64,000 nucleotides of DNA from a bacterium. GTDB lineage: Bacteria > UBA8248. Below are positions 1 to 10,021 of the stretch, in pieces. The notes under the pieces are model-generated. The model worked only from the letters and a program-made list of their open reading frames with translations. It did not search any database and was not told the origin of the DNA. Numbering within the stretch: the first letter of the stretch is position 1; each line of letters opens with the position of its first letter. The position numbers were made by a program, and so were the translations under genes. Where the stretch lies: contig OZ244713.1 of the NCBI GenBank assembly GCA_965218885.1, forward strand, positions 3,030,625 to 3,094,624, in the 5' to 3' direction.

Positions 1-113
1 GGCGCATGGGCGAGCCGGAAGACATCGTGGGGCTGGCGGTTTTTCTGGCGTCCGACGCTTCTGCGTACATTACGGGCGAGAGCATCTTTGAAGATGGAGG
101 AGGGTGGGTCTAA
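1..113 (+). CDS. SDR family oxidoreductase, C-terminal end (partial)
   Basis: Frame 3 reads [33 protein letters not shown], a typical SDR C-terminus; TAA at 111-113. Confidence 0.85.
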   Translation, partial: RMGEPEDIVGLAVFLASDASAYITGESIFEDGGGWV

Positions 114-128
114 ATCCCACGAAAAACG

Positions 129-854
129 ATGACGGATCTCAGGGCGATAATTTTTGATTTCGACGGCACCATCGCGGACAGCGAGCCGCTCCACCTGGCG
201 GCGTTTCAGGCGGTGCTATCGGAAGAACTGGACCTGGATTTGACCGAGGAGGAATACGCCGAGCGCTATCTCGCGTTCGACGACAGGCTCCTGTTCACCC
301 ACGTGCTGAACGATCGCGGCGTGGCGGTCGACCCCGATCGTTTCGAGCAGCTTTTGGAGCAAAAAGAAGCGCGCTATCAGGAAATCGCTCTTGCGCCCCA
401 GATTCTGCCCGGCGCCGCGGAGATGATACGCGCAGCCGCCGGCCACTGGCCCCTCGCCATCGCGAGCGGCGCCCTGGGCCACGAGGTGCGGCCCGTGCTC
501 GAACGGGTGGGTCTGATCGATTGTTTCCCGATCATCGTGACGGCGGAGATGGTGGGCCGGGGAAAGCCCGATCCGGAGAGTTTTCTGACCGCCCTTGCGC
601 GGATAAATGAAAATCTCACAGAGCCGATTCCGGCAGCTTCGTGTCTGGTGGTGGAGGATTCCGTCGCAGGGGTGCGCTCGGGCAATGCCGCAGGCATGAG
701 AACGCTCGCGGTGACGACGAGCTACCCCGCCGAAAAGCTCACCGAGGCCGACCGCGTGGTGGATTCTTTGGAAGAAACCGTGGACCCGGGCGGTCTGGCC
801 GCCTGGTTCGCCGCTCTTCCGCCCGTCCCGCCTCAAGGCGAAGGGGAGGGATAG
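129..854 (+). CDS. HAD family phosphatase (beta-PGM/CbbY-like)
   Basis: DFDGT motif I, GKPDP and VEDS motifs. Confidence 0.9.
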   Translation: MTDLRAIIFDFDGTIADSEPLHLAAFQAVLSEELDLDLTEEEYAERYLAFDDRLLFTHVLNDRGVAVDPDRFEQLLEQKEARYQEIALAPQILPGAAEMIRAAAGHWPLAIASGALGHEVRPVLERVGLIDCFPIIVTAEMVGRGKPDPESFLTALARINENLTEPIPAASCLVVEDSVAGVRSGNAAGMRTLAVTTSYPAEKLTEADRVVDSLEETVDPGGLAAWFAALPPVPPQGEGEG

Positions 855-1388
855 ATGGCCATCCTGAAAGTCGCTCGCATGGGCCACCCCGTCTTGCGGG
901 AGAAGGCGCGCGAGGTCGCGCCCGAGGAGCTCAAGAGTCCCGGCCTTGCGGCCCTCGTCGAGGACATGCTCGAGACAATGGCGGAATATGCGGGGGTAGG
1001 CTTGGCCGCCCCGCAGGTGCACCACGGGCTTCGGCTGTTCGTCATGCAGACCGACCCGGATGATGAGGCGACGCTGCGCGTGGCGGTGAACCCCAGGCTC
1101 ACGCCATTAGGCGAGGAGGGTTGGGAGGACTGGGAGGGGTGTCTCAGCATCCCCGACATTCATGGCCGCGTGCCGCGCAACGACCACGTGCGTTTAGAGG
1201 CTCTGGACGCGGAGGGACGCGCCTATGCCGAGGAGTTGGAAGGCTTCGCCGCGCGCGTGTGCCAGCATGAATACGATCATCTCGACGGGTGTATCTTCAT
1301 CGACAGGATGGGGGATTTCACTTCTCTATGCTTCGGCGAGGAATACCGCAGGTATCACGCCCCGAGGCCGAAGGAAGAGGCGGAGTAA
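855..1388 (+). CDS. def: Peptide deformylase
   Basis: GVGLAAPQ, EGCLS and QHEYDHLDG motifs. Confidence 0.97.
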   Translation: MAILKVARMGHPVLREKAREVAPEELKSPGLAALVEDMLETMAEYAGVGLAAPQVHHGLRLFVMQTDPDDEATLRVAVNPRLTPLGEEGWEDWEGCLSIPDIHGRVPRNDHVRLEALDAEGRAYAEELEGFAARVCQHEYDHLDGCIFIDRMGDFTSLCFGEEYRRYHAPRPKEEAE

Positions 1389-1481
1389 GGAGTACTGCGC
1401 GGCGCAACTGCTCGGTTTCACCCGCCTTGACATGGTCGGTACGGCGAACGCTTTATTGGGAGAGGGCTTCCGCCTGATTTC

Positions 1482-1511
1482 TTGACGTTTCATGATATAT
1501 CATGATAAGTT
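1482..1511 (+). promoter_or_regulatory. Putative sigma70 promoter with palindromic operator for the TA operon
   Basis: TTGACG (1482) and TGn-TAAGTT; perfect 16-bp palindrome TCATGATATATCATGA (1490-1505) in the spacer. Confidence 0.6.
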
Positions 1512-1535
1512 GTGGCCCAAGATTGGAGGCGTCCC

Positions 1536-1766
1536 ATGGCGACCCGGCCAAGAGAGAAGTTTGCAACCCAGGTGAATTCGGAGGTTCTGGCCGCCGTCCG
1601 CAACCTTGCGCAGAGCGAAGGACGGCAGCTTCAGGCCCTGGTCGATGAGGCGCTGACCGACCTGCTCGACAAGCGCAGGGGGAGCAGGCCGCGCGCCCAC
1701 GTCATGGCGATCTATCAGGCGAGCCATGAGAGATTCGCGCCGCTCTACAAAAAACTCGCTGAATGA
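1536..1766 (+). CDS. Putative antitoxin (ribbon-helix-helix-like) partner of Doc
   Basis: 76 aa, GGAGG RBS, ATGA overlap with the doc start, C-terminus LYKKLAE. Confidence 0.75.
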   Translation: MATRPREKFATQVNSEVLAAVRNLAQSEGRQLQALVDEALTDLLDKRRGSRPRAHVMAIYQASHERFAPLYKKLAE

Positions 1767-2146
1767 CGGACTATCCGACCGTCGTTGAAGTTCTTGCAAT
1801 CCACCGGGACCAGATAGAGCGATACGGCGGAGCCGAAGGCGTGCGCGATCCGGGTCTGCTCGAAGCCGCCCTGTTCCGTCCCCAGACGGGCTATTACGCC
1901 GATCTGATCGAAGAGGCGGCCACGATCTGGGAGAGTATGGGGCGGAACCACCCGTTCATCGACGGAAACAAGCGCACGGCTTTCGCCGTCACCTATACGT
2001 TTCTCGCAATCAACGGGGTGCGGATCACGGCGGACGCCGAAAGTATTTACGCCTTCATCATCGGTCTCCATGAAACCGATGCGTTCTCCTTCGAGCCGTT
2101 GAGGGACTGGCTCCGCGCGAACGTCCGGCTCGACCCGCCGGAATGA
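1763..2146 (+). CDS. doc: Death-on-curing (Doc/Fic) family toxin
   Basis: GVRDPGLLEAAL and HPFIDGNKRTA motifs. Confidence 0.92.
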   Translation: MTDYPTVVEVLAIHRDQIERYGGAEGVRDPGLLEAALFRPQTGYYADLIEEAATIWESMGRNHPFIDGNKRTAFAVTYTFLAINGVRITADAESIYAFIIGLHETDAFSFEPLRDWLRANVRLDPPE

Positions 2147-2264
2147 ATACGACCATCTCGACGGGTTTATCTTCATAGACAGGATGGGGGATTTTTCTTC
2201 TCTTTGTTTCGGGGAGGAATACCGCAGATACCACGCCCCGCGGCCCAAAGAAGAGGCCGAGTAG
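2143..2264 (+). pseudogene. Duplicated 3' end of def (122 bp, diverged direct repeat of 1267-1388)
   Basis: Encodes EYDHLDGFIFIDRMGDFSSLCFGEEYRRYHAPRPKEEAE*; 15 differences from def. Confidence 0.95.
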
Positions 2265-2497
2265 AGCACCCGGTCCACGCTCGGGCTCACACGATGTCTA
2301 GGCACAGGGCTTGTCCAAACCCGGACTTCACGCCATCACATCAAGGGAAAGGCCCGTACACAATACTAGGGTGCAAGAGCAGCATGAAGGGGGCGACGCT
2401 AATATGGCTATCACAGGAACGGCTCGTCCATAAGATCGCCGTCGCCCACGGGCGCGGATTCAAGACTTGCGATCAACTGGTTTATCTTCACGACTTG

Positions 2498-3310
2498 CTA
2501 CTCGTAAAACATTTTTCTAACGAGGGCAGGTACTCGAACCGAATCAGAGTCATTGCATTTCAAACACTTTTCCCATGAATTCAAATAGTCTTCAAAAGTT
2601 TCGTTTTCATGAACATTCCAATAATTTAGATATCCACAGTCCGCCCAAAGAGAAGGAGCACTCTGGAAATGCTCCAAGAGGGCAAGGGCTACAACCACAT
2701 TGCGGTCGCGAAGATAAGAATCGGCTTCCATATCCTTAAGTTTTAATGCGAACCATTCTGGTAAATGTATACTTAAAATATTGTTGTATTCTTCTGGGGT
2801 CATGTATTGCAGTACAGCACTCTCACAATATATTGCGTGGTTTGGTGCAAATTCTGCTGCGCCCTTTACATTCTCAGGTGGGTTGGTTTTCCAAGATTCT
2901 GACAGCTCATGCAAAACAAATAACGACGCCATTTCGCAAAGACTTTCCTCAAACCAACAATGGCGATGTACTTTGTTGCGATTGTAGTTCGTCATTACAT
3001 GGCACAGTTTGTGCGAGAACTGATAGACGTATTGGCACCAATTCCTATTTTGAGCATTAATACGGATTTGATAAGGACAGGAATCTAAAAGGACTCTGGG
3101 TAAATCTTTCCACCAAGAGACTTCAATTCGTTCGTCAGGTAACTTACCGAAAGCACCTACCAGCGCGCAGAAGACAGACTCCAAGACAGAAGGAATTGCA
3201 ACATCCAGATACGGTTTCTCGTTTCCTTTATGGGTTAGCCAACTATCCACATCAACTATTAGATATTGCGACATTTTTTGTGCCTCCAATTTGTCTGCGT
3301 AGTTCGTCAC
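2498..3310 (-). CDS. Low-GC hypothetical protein with degenerate zincin-like motif
   Basis: 270-aa AT-rich ORF; QFSHKLCH followed by WFEESLCE. Confidence 0.7.
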   Translation of the reverse strand: MTNYADKLEAQKMSQYLIVDVDSWLTHKGNEKPYLDVAIPSVLESVFCALVGAFGKLPDERIEVSWWKDLPRVLLDSCPYQIRINAQNRNWCQYVYQFSHKLCHVMTNYNRNKVHRHCWFEESLCEMASLFVLHELSESWKTNPPENVKGAAEFAPNHAIYCESAVLQYMTPEEYNNILSIHLPEWFALKLKDMEADSYLRDRNVVVALALLEHFQSAPSLWADCGYLNYWNVHENETFEDYLNSWEKCLKCNDSDSVRVPALVRKMFYE

Positions 3311-3412
3311 TCACCCCTCCGAAGTGTGCCCTATCGGCAAGCGGCGGCGGTGCCATCAGCGGCCCATGCGCCGCCGTGCGCGGAAAAGGCAGGCCCTCCC
3401 CCCCCCCGGTTC

Positions 3413-3718
3413 TTAGGCATTTTCCCGTTTTCTTCGCAGGTTTTCACGCCTAGCTTCTGGTATCTCATTCGCGGTGATGATCTGTTCCTGCCCAGATGGG
3501 GAAGTAATTGTGATCTCAAACCCTTCAAGCCATCTATCATCATGATTCGGGTATTCATCAATGAGCTTCTCGATGGTTTCATAGGCTATTCTTCTCGCTT
3601 CCGTTTCAGCAAAACATTCCTTGACGTTGAGATATTTCAGTTCGTCGACACCTAAGTTGTTAAGGTGATAATCTTCATATTTCGTGATTTTGAGTGTCCA
3701 CTTCATCGCCTCGCTCAT
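3413..3718 (-). CDS. Hypothetical protein
   Basis: AAGGAGG RBS before MSEAMKW; low GC; no motif recognised. Confidence 0.6.
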   Translation of the reverse strand: MSEAMKWTLKITKYEDYHLNNLGVDELKYLNVKECFAETEARRIAYETIEKLIDEYPNHDDRWLEGFEITITSPSGQEQIITANEIPEARRENLRRKRENA

Positions 3719-4003
3719 CCGTCTCCCTCCTTTATCAGTGGTCGAACCATGCGACGTTATCATCCGGGCGAGATCATATCATGCCCGCCCGGCCATGTAA
3801 TGAAATTGACGGCGCGCATAAAAAAATCCCGACGCGCTACCCTGATTTGATGACCAATTAGAATGAATTAACGTAGTCATGAAGTGGAGTCGATCATCGA
3901 CGCTGGTGGACATATTGACATTACCTCGTTGCGAGTTTGGATTATGCAGAATAATCCAGATGTTGGATGAGACAGGGCATAAGAGGGTGGCGTTAAAGTT
4001 TAT

Positions 4004-4090
4004 TGGTGCCCAAGGCCGGACTCGAACCGACACGGGGTTGCCCCCACTAGCCCCTCAAGCTAGCGTGTCTACCAATTCCACCACTTGGGC
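4004..4090 (-). tRNA. tRNA-Leu (anticodon GAG)
   Basis: Reverse complement GCCCAAGTGGTGGAATTGGTAGACACGCTAGCTTGAGGGGCTAG...GGTTCGAGTCCGGCCTTGGGCACCA; long variable arm, encoded CCA. Confidence 0.97.
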
Positions 4091-4266
4091 ATGATGTCCG
4101 AGCATTTCTATCTGGAGCAACGCTCAGGCCAAGAGGCTATATAGCGTTGCGCGCGCCGGGCTGTCAACGCACTTTAATAGATGGACTTAAGCGGCGCTTC
4201 GCATCCGTGAGCCAAAGCGCGTATCAGGCGTTGCGCATGGGGGTGGCCGTCCTCCCGCCGATGATG

Positions 4267-5769
4267 CTATCTGGAGTTCGCCCTCGGGTTCATGGCGTCG
4301 CGCAGGCCCTCGCCGAAGAGGTTGAAGGCGAGCATGACGACGAGAATCGCAAAACCCGGAATGAAGGTGAGCCAGGGGGCGTCGAAGATGTATTTCTTCC
4401 CGTCGGCGAAGATGTTCCCCCAACTCGCCTGGGGCGGCGGAACGCCGAAACCGAGAAAACTCAGGCTCGCCTCGGTGAGAATCGCGCCCGCGATGCCGAT
4501 GGTGGCCGAGACCAGCACGGGCGCCAGGGAATTGGGGATCAAGTAGCGGAAGATGATGAGCCTGTCCGAGCCGCCCGAGGCGCGCGCGGACTCCACGAAG
4601 GGCTGCTCCCTCAGCGAGAGAATCTCCGCGCGCACGAAACGCGCCGGCCCCACCCAGCCGAGCACGCCGATGACCACCATGATGATCCAGATGTTGGGCG
4701 TCACGAGGGCCAGGATGGTGAGCAGCACGAAAAACGAGGGGAACGAAAGCTGCACGTCCACGACCGTGGTGTAGATGATGTCCACCTTGGGCAGGCGGAA
4801 GCGTCTGAGACGCTCGGCCACGTCGAATCTCTGGTAGAAATAAACGCAAACCACGGCGCCTGAGAGACTCAGCCACAGATGCGCCGCATGGCCCGGATAG
4901 GCGAGGTAGAGGCCCGAGAGCAGAAGCAGGAAATATATAAGCCCCCCGCCCGTGACTGCGCTTAAGGAAACGCCGTCCGCCGCGCTTTCCTCCGCGTTTC
5001 TGCCCTGCGCCCCACCAAAGGCGGCGAGTGTTACGAGACAAGCCAAGCCTAAGAATCCCTCGCGCCAATAGGGCGTGCGCACCTGAAGACCGAAATCAGA
5101 TGCGAAGCCGCTGAACCCAAACGGCTCGAACGCGCTCAGCGCCAAGCCCAACAGCGCGCCGAAGATCATGCCCTCCAGGAACAGCGAGCGGCCATCGCGG
5201 CGCACCGATAGCCCCAGGCCTACGCCCGCCACGGAAAACAGGAGCGTCAGGAATCCCAACTCGTTCCAGACGGCGTAGCCCGCGAGACCGGCGCCGATGA
5301 AGCCGAACAGGGGCGCGCCGCTCGGCTTGATCTCTCCGTAAAAACCGGCGATTCCGCCTATCGCGACTCCCAGAAACGTGGCGATGCCGATGGCCACGAA
5401 GCCCACCGACATCGAGATGAAGGTGCCCTCGAGCATCCTGGCGAACACGTCGCGGCCCAGATCATCCGTGCCGAACACGTATATCCCAAGACGCGGGAGG
5501 TTTTCCCTGGGGATTTGCCCCACCGTCGGGGCGGAGAGGGGGGCTTTCAGCTTGTCCGGCAGGCGGACGACGTTGGCGTCGAACATCGGCTCGCTCATGA
5601 GGGCGGAATTGACGAAGCCGAGCGCCGCCAGCGCGAAGAAGAACACCAGCACCACGCCGCCGACCATCGCCATCCGGTTTCGCTGGAGATGCCGCCATAC
5701 GCGCTGGCCGGGGGTGAGTTCCTCCCCCATCTCCTCAATCATCTCGCGCATATCGAGTGTTTCGTTCAC
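4267..5769 (-). CDS. Peptide ABC transporter permease (DppC/OppC-like) with large membrane insertion
   Basis: FGTDDLGRD, ARFVRAEILSLRE, EASLSFLGFG; GTG start inferred from overlap with the upstream permease. Confidence 0.9.
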   Translation of the reverse strand: MNETLDMREMIEEMGEELTPGQRVWRHLQRNRMAMVGGVVLVFFFALAALGFVNSALMSEPMFDANVVRLPDKLKAPLSAPTVGQIPRENLPRLGIYVFGTDDLGRDVFARMLEGTFISMSVGFVAIGIATFLGVAIGGIAGFYGEIKPSGAPLFGFIGAGLAGYAVWNELGFLTLLFSVAGVGLGLSVRRDGRSLFLEGMIFGALLGLALSAFEPFGFSGFASDFGLQVRTPYWREGFLGLACLVTLAAFGGAQGRNAEESAADGVSLSAVTGGGLIYFLLLLSGLYLAYPGHAAHLWLSLSGAVVCVYFYQRFDVAERLRRFRLPKVDIIYTTVVDVQLSFPSFFVLLTILALVTPNIWIIMVVIGVLGWVGPARFVRAEILSLREQPFVESARASGGSDRLIIFRYLIPNSLAPVLVSATIGIAGAILTEASLSFLGFGVPPPQASWGNIFADGKKYIFDAPWLTFIPGFAILVVMLAFNLFGEGLRDAMNPRANSR

Positions 5770-6761
5770 AGGCGGATCCTCGGGTCGACGATGACGAGCA
5801 GGATGTCGGATATAAAGGTGCCGATGACGACCAGGATGGCGGAGATGAAGTTCAGGCTTAATATCACCGGATAATCCCGCGCCAGCACGGCCTCGAAGCC
5901 CAGGCGGCCCATGCCGGGCCACGCAAAAATGTTTTCGATGATGACCGAGCCGCCGATAAGCCCCGGAAGGATGAGGCCGAACATGGTGACGAAGGGAAGG
6001 GCAGCGTTTCTCAAGACGTGCACGTAGTTCACGGTGTCCTCATCCAGACCCTTGGAGTGGGCCGTGCGGATGAAGTCCGAATCCACCACCTCTATCATCT
6101 GTCCGCGCACGTAACGTGAAAGCACGGCGATGCCGCCGACCGCGCCCACGAGGCTGGGCAGCACCAGATGCCAGATGCGATCGTTGATTCTGAACAGGGG
6201 AGAGGAGTCGCCCCGGCCGAAGGTCTCGATTCCCAGGACGGAAACTTCCAGGCCCGGCACGCGGTAGTCGACGAAGGGCAGCGTGAACCCCTGAACGACG
6301 GCGATGATGAGGATGTAGGCGAGAAAAAAGCTCGGCATCGAGATCATGAGATAGCTCATGAAGGTGGTGGAGCGGTCGAAAAAAGTGTAGCGCCTGAGCG
6401 CGCCCGCGATTCCCAGCGGAAACGAGAGGCACCAGGTGATGATGGTGCCCACGATGAACAGGGGAAGGCTGATCAGGAAGCGCCGCCATATTTTTCCGAA
6501 AACCGGCTGGTTGTCCTTGAGACTCGTGAGTTCGCCGGTGAAGAATTTCTTGTAGAAAAGCCAGTATTGCACCGGAAGCGGCTTGTCGAGGTCGAAGGCG
6601 GCCCGGTAGCGCGCGAGGTCTTCCTGCGTGAAGCGCGGGTTCAAGGGGTCGATCTGGCTCGGCTCACCGGGCGCCAGGTGAATGATCAGAAAACTCACGA
6701 TCGAGATGATGAAGAGCGTCACCAGCTTGAACAGCGTCGTGCGGATGATGTAGGCGCCCAC
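5766..6761 (-). CDS. Peptide ABC transporter permease (DppB/OppB-like)
   Basis: LDKPLPVQY, DFIRTAHSKGL, ENIFAWPGMG, DPRIR. Confidence 0.93.
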   Translation of the reverse strand: MGAYIIRTTLFKLVTLFIISIVSFLIIHLAPGEPSQIDPLNPRFTQEDLARYRAAFDLDKPLPVQYWLFYKKFFTGELTSLKDNQPVFGKIWRRFLISLPLFIVGTIITWCLSFPLGIAGALRRYTFFDRSTTFMSYLMISMPSFFLAYILIIAVVQGFTLPFVDYRVPGLEVSVLGIETFGRGDSSPLFRINDRIWHLVLPSLVGAVGGIAVLSRYVRGQMIEVVDSDFIRTAHSKGLDEDTVNYVHVLRNAALPFVTMFGLILPGLIGGSVIIENIFAWPGMGRLGFEAVLARDYPVILSLNFISAILVVIGTFISDILLVIVDPRIRL

Positions 6762-6763
6762 GT

Positions 6764-8839
6764 TTAATTCTCGAATTTGGGATTTCGGGGGAACTTGAGC
6801 CACTCGTTGAAGTCGAAGGAGTAGCTCCCCGTGATGGTGGGGCGGATTTTTTTAGGCCTTATTTCGCCGCCTCTCAAGCGTCTGGCGATGGCGATTTTTC
6901 TGTCGAGCAGCGCCGTCCACTTGCCGACGTACAGGAACGTGTAGGGCTGATCCGCAGCGATGATTCGGTGGAGCGCATGCGCCTGGCGAACCTGTGTCGC
7001 CAAGTCGTATTCCTGGCGGATTTTGATGATGAGGTCGTCGGCTTTTGGGTTTTTATAACCAACGAAATTGAGCCGGCCCTTGCCCGTCTGGCTCGAATGC
7101 CAGATCTGGTAGAGGTCGGGGTCCAAACCCATGCTCCAGCCGAGGACGACCGCGTCGAAATTGAGCTGGTTGACGTGTTTTCGGATGAACACGGCCCACT
7201 CGACTTGCGAGAAGGTGATTTTCACGCCGATCTTCTTCCAGGCGTCCTGCACCACGGTGCCGACGGCGCGCCTGATCTCGTTGCCGTGGTTCGTCATCAG
7301 GTTGAAGGCCAGGGGCTTGCCGTCCTTCATCAGGATTCCGTCTTTTTTCCTGAACCCCGCCTCGTGCAGCAGGCGCACCGCCCTCTTGGGGTCGTAGGAG
7401 AGGGGTTTGATTTTTTTGTTGTAATGCGGGCTCTGCTTCACGAAGGGACCGGTGATGTCCTCGGCCTCGCCGTTCAGCACGTAGCGGTGAATCTGCTTGG
7501 TGTTCACCGCCATCCCCAAGGCCTTGCGCACGCGCGCGTCCTGAAACGGCCAGCGCCGCATGTTGTAGCCGACGTAGGTGAACCCGAAGCCGAGGCCCGA
7601 GAACACCTGGAACCTCGGGTCTTTCTTGAGCCGCTCGACCTGGTGAGCGCCCGCCCCGTAGCGGTCCACGGTGCCCGCGTAGAACGTGATCTCCTGCGTG
7701 AGGGGGTCGGGCAGGATTCTGTAGACGTATTCGTGGTATTCGGGCGGCCCCTCCCAGTAGTTCTCGTTCCGCGCGAGCCGGATGAGTTCGTCCGAACGCC
7801 ATTCCTTGAAGATGAACGCTCCCGTGCCGACGGGTTTTCTGTTGAACGCGCTGTCGCGTACGCTGAACTCCTTGGGGTCCTTGCCCTTGCTCTCGGCTTC
7901 TTGGGCGAGCTTTTGGGCGTTCAGCAGATGCTCGGGCAGCATTCCCATAGCCCAGGAGCCGAAAGCGGGGGAGTAGAGTCGCTTGTAGGTGACTTTTACG
8001 GTGAACTTATCGGGCGTCTCCACGCGCTTGACGGGTTCGTAATCGGGCACCCTCGGGGAAAGGTTTTTGGGATTGATGATCGCATTATATGTGAAGCGCA
8101 CGTCGCCCGAGTCGAATTCGTGGCCGTCGTGGAAGCGCACGCCGCGTCTGAGCTGGAAGATGATGACGGGGTTGTGCTCGGTGAGGATGACGCGCCGCTT
8201 GGCGAGTGGGAGCAGCTTCTCGGGCAGCTTCGTCTTGACGTAGCGAGCGGGGTCTTTGGCGATGCCGTTTTTCCCGAGCCATTTTTCAAGGTGTTTGAAC
8301 AAGTCCTGATCCACGTTCTTGAGCGTCATCTTCACGCGCTCGGGATAGGCGATGACGACCTCTTTGCGGCCCGGTTTTTTCTTCCCCTTGGGCGGCGGGG
8401 TGCGAATGGCGGTTTTCTGCTCGGCGGGATCGATGGTTTCGATTTTTTCGATGTTTTTTAGCCACGCGGCCTCGCCTGCGTCGCGCGCCTGCGCGATGCG
8501 CGCGGCCAGGACTTTCGCCCCCGGTCCCTCGGGGTGGGGTACGAAGAACGCTTCTTCGTAGATTTTCCAAGAGGTGGCCAGCCGGCCCCGGTAGGAGAGG
8601 TCGCGGTCCCTGTCGATGAGGCCCTCGAATATCTGATCGACGATGGCGCCGCTCGCCGTGTCGGCGTGAAGAATGGGGTTCAGGATTTGGGCGTCGCCGA
8701 TGGAGCCGGTGATGAACTGGCGGAGGCGCTCGTCCCCCCCTTTGGTCTGATCGGAGAACGTCGGGACCCAGAAGTAGGATTGAAACAAGACGACCGCGAT
8801 GAGAATGGGGAGCAACAGCAGGAGGCGCTTGATCAGCAT
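6764..8839 (-). CDS. Peptide ABC transporter substrate-binding protein (family 5)
   Basis: LRRGVRFHDG, PVGTGAF, N-terminal membrane anchor. Confidence 0.92.
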   Translation of the reverse strand: MLIKRLLLLLPILIAVVLFQSYFWVPTFSDQTKGGDERLRQFITGSIGDAQILNPILHADTASGAIVDQIFEGLIDRDRDLSYRGRLATSWKIYEEAFFVPHPEGPGAKVLAARIAQARDAGEAAWLKNIEKIETIDPAEQKTAIRTPPPKGKKKPGRKEVVIAYPERVKMTLKNVDQDLFKHLEKWLGKNGIAKDPARYVKTKLPEKLLPLAKRRVILTEHNPVIIFQLRRGVRFHDGHEFDSGDVRFTYNAIINPKNLSPRVPDYEPVKRVETPDKFTVKVTYKRLYSPAFGSWAMGMLPEHLLNAQKLAQEAESKGKDPKEFSVRDSAFNRKPVGTGAFIFKEWRSDELIRLARNENYWEGPPEYHEYVYRILPDPLTQEITFYAGTVDRYGAGAHQVERLKKDPRFQVFSGLGFGFTYVGYNMRRWPFQDARVRKALGMAVNTKQIHRYVLNGEAEDITGPFVKQSPHYNKKIKPLSYDPKRAVRLLHEAGFRKKDGILMKDGKPLAFNLMTNHGNEIRRAVGTVVQDAWKKIGVKITFSQVEWAVFIRKHVNQLNFDAVVLGWSMGLDPDLYQIWHSSQTGKGRLNFVGYKNPKADDLIIKIRQEYDLATQVRQAHALHRIIAADQPYTFLYVGKWTALLDRKIAIARRLRGGEIRPKKIRPTITGSYSFDFNEWLKFPRNPKFEN

Positions 8840-8893
8840 CGTCGGCCCTCAGCGCGCGCGAACAGCGGAACCAGTCTCGCCCGCCCTATTTTT

Positions 8894-9193
8894 TCACCGG
8901 GCGGCGGGTTTCGCAGGCGCGGCCTTCACCGGCGCGGCGGGCACTATCGAGGCGCCCAGGTTGGCGTTATGCGAGCCGATGTAGGTGAGCATAAGCGAGG
9001 TCACCATGAAGAGAACGGCGGCGCCGGTCGTGATCTTGCTCAGAAAGTTCACGGGTCCCCGCGCGCCGAACATCGTATCGCTCGACCCGCCGAAAGCGGC
9101 GCCCATACCGCCGCCTTTTCCCGCCTGGAGAAGTACGGAGAGGATCAGGCAAAGCGCCACGGCCACATGCAAAACGGTCAATACTATCGTCAT
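8894..9193 (-). CDS. secG: Preprotein translocase subunit SecG
   Basis: VLLQAGKGGGMGAAFGG, FLSKIT; directly downstream of tpiA. Confidence 0.95.
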   Translation of the reverse strand: MTIVLTVLHVAVALCLILSVLLQAGKGGGMGAAFGGSSDTMFGARGPVNFLSKITTGAAVLFMVTSLMLTYIGSHNANLGASIVPAAPVKAAPAKPAAR

Positions 9194-9206
9194 TTTCTCA
9201 CTCTTT

Positions 9207-9989
9207 TCATGTTTGTCCCGAACTTATCCGGGCCGCGCGGATGATTTCCAGAAAATCTTCGCCCTTCAGACTCGCGCCGCCGATGAGACCCCCATCGATG
9301 TCGGGTTGCGTGAACAACTCCGCGGCATTATCCGGTTTCACGCTGCCACCGTATAAGATACGCGTTTCTTGCGCGCATTCCAAGCCGAAAACTCCCTCGA
9401 GCCGCTCGCGGATGAAGGCGTGCGCCTCCTGGGCCTGCGCGGGTGTGGCCGTGAGGCCCGTGCCGATGGCCCACACGGGTTCATACGCGATGATGAGGCC
9501 GCCGGCGGGAGGAGAAGAAAAAGCGCCCTGTATCGAGAGTTCCACCTGATGGGCGATGCGCGCGAGCGTGGTCCCGGCCCGTCTCGTGGGAAACGGCTCC
9601 CCGAGGCAGATGATCGGCACGAGACCGCCTGCGCTCGCCGCCGCCGCCTTGCGCGCGATGAGGGAGTCGCCTTCTCCCATTATCTCGCGCCTTTCGCTGT
9701 GCCCGAGAATAACGTGGGTCGCGCCCGCATCCTTGAGCATCGAGACGCTCACCTCGCCCGTGTATGCGCCATCGGGGTGATGGGAGCAGTTTTGCCCGGC
9801 GACGCCGACGGCGCTCCCCGAGACCGCATCCGCCACCGCCGAAAGGGCGAGATACGGGGGTCCCAGGAGGACGTCCACTTCTGAGAGGCTCTCTGCTGCG
9901 ACGCCCCCGGCCACCTCGCGCGCGAGCGCGTGCGCTTCTTCCATCGTCTTGTTCATCTTCCAGTTGCCGGCCACCAGGGCGCGCCGCAT
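9207..9989 (-). CDS. tpiA: Triosephosphate isomerase
   Basis: AGNWKMN, GHSERR, AYEPVWAIGTG, YGGSV. Confidence 0.98.
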   Translation of the reverse strand: MRRALVAGNWKMNKTMEEAHALAREVAGGVAAESLSEVDVLLGPPYLALSAVADAVSGSAVGVAGQNCSHHPDGAYTGEVSVSMLKDAGATHVILGHSERREIMGEGDSLIARKAAAASAGGLVPIICLGEPFPTRRAGTTLARIAHQVELSIQGAFSSPPAGGLIIAYEPVWAIGTGLTATPAQAQEAHAFIRERLEGVFGLECAQETRILYGGSVKPDNAAELFTQPDIDGGLIGGASLKGEDFLEIIRAARISSGQT

Positions 9990-10021
9990 CGTGAATTCCT
10001 CTTTTTCTTTTTGGGGGTGTT

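Noticed and set aside
1389-4003. Prophage or ICE att pair at tRNA-Leu
   Set aside because: No duplicate of the tRNA 3' end and no integrase found
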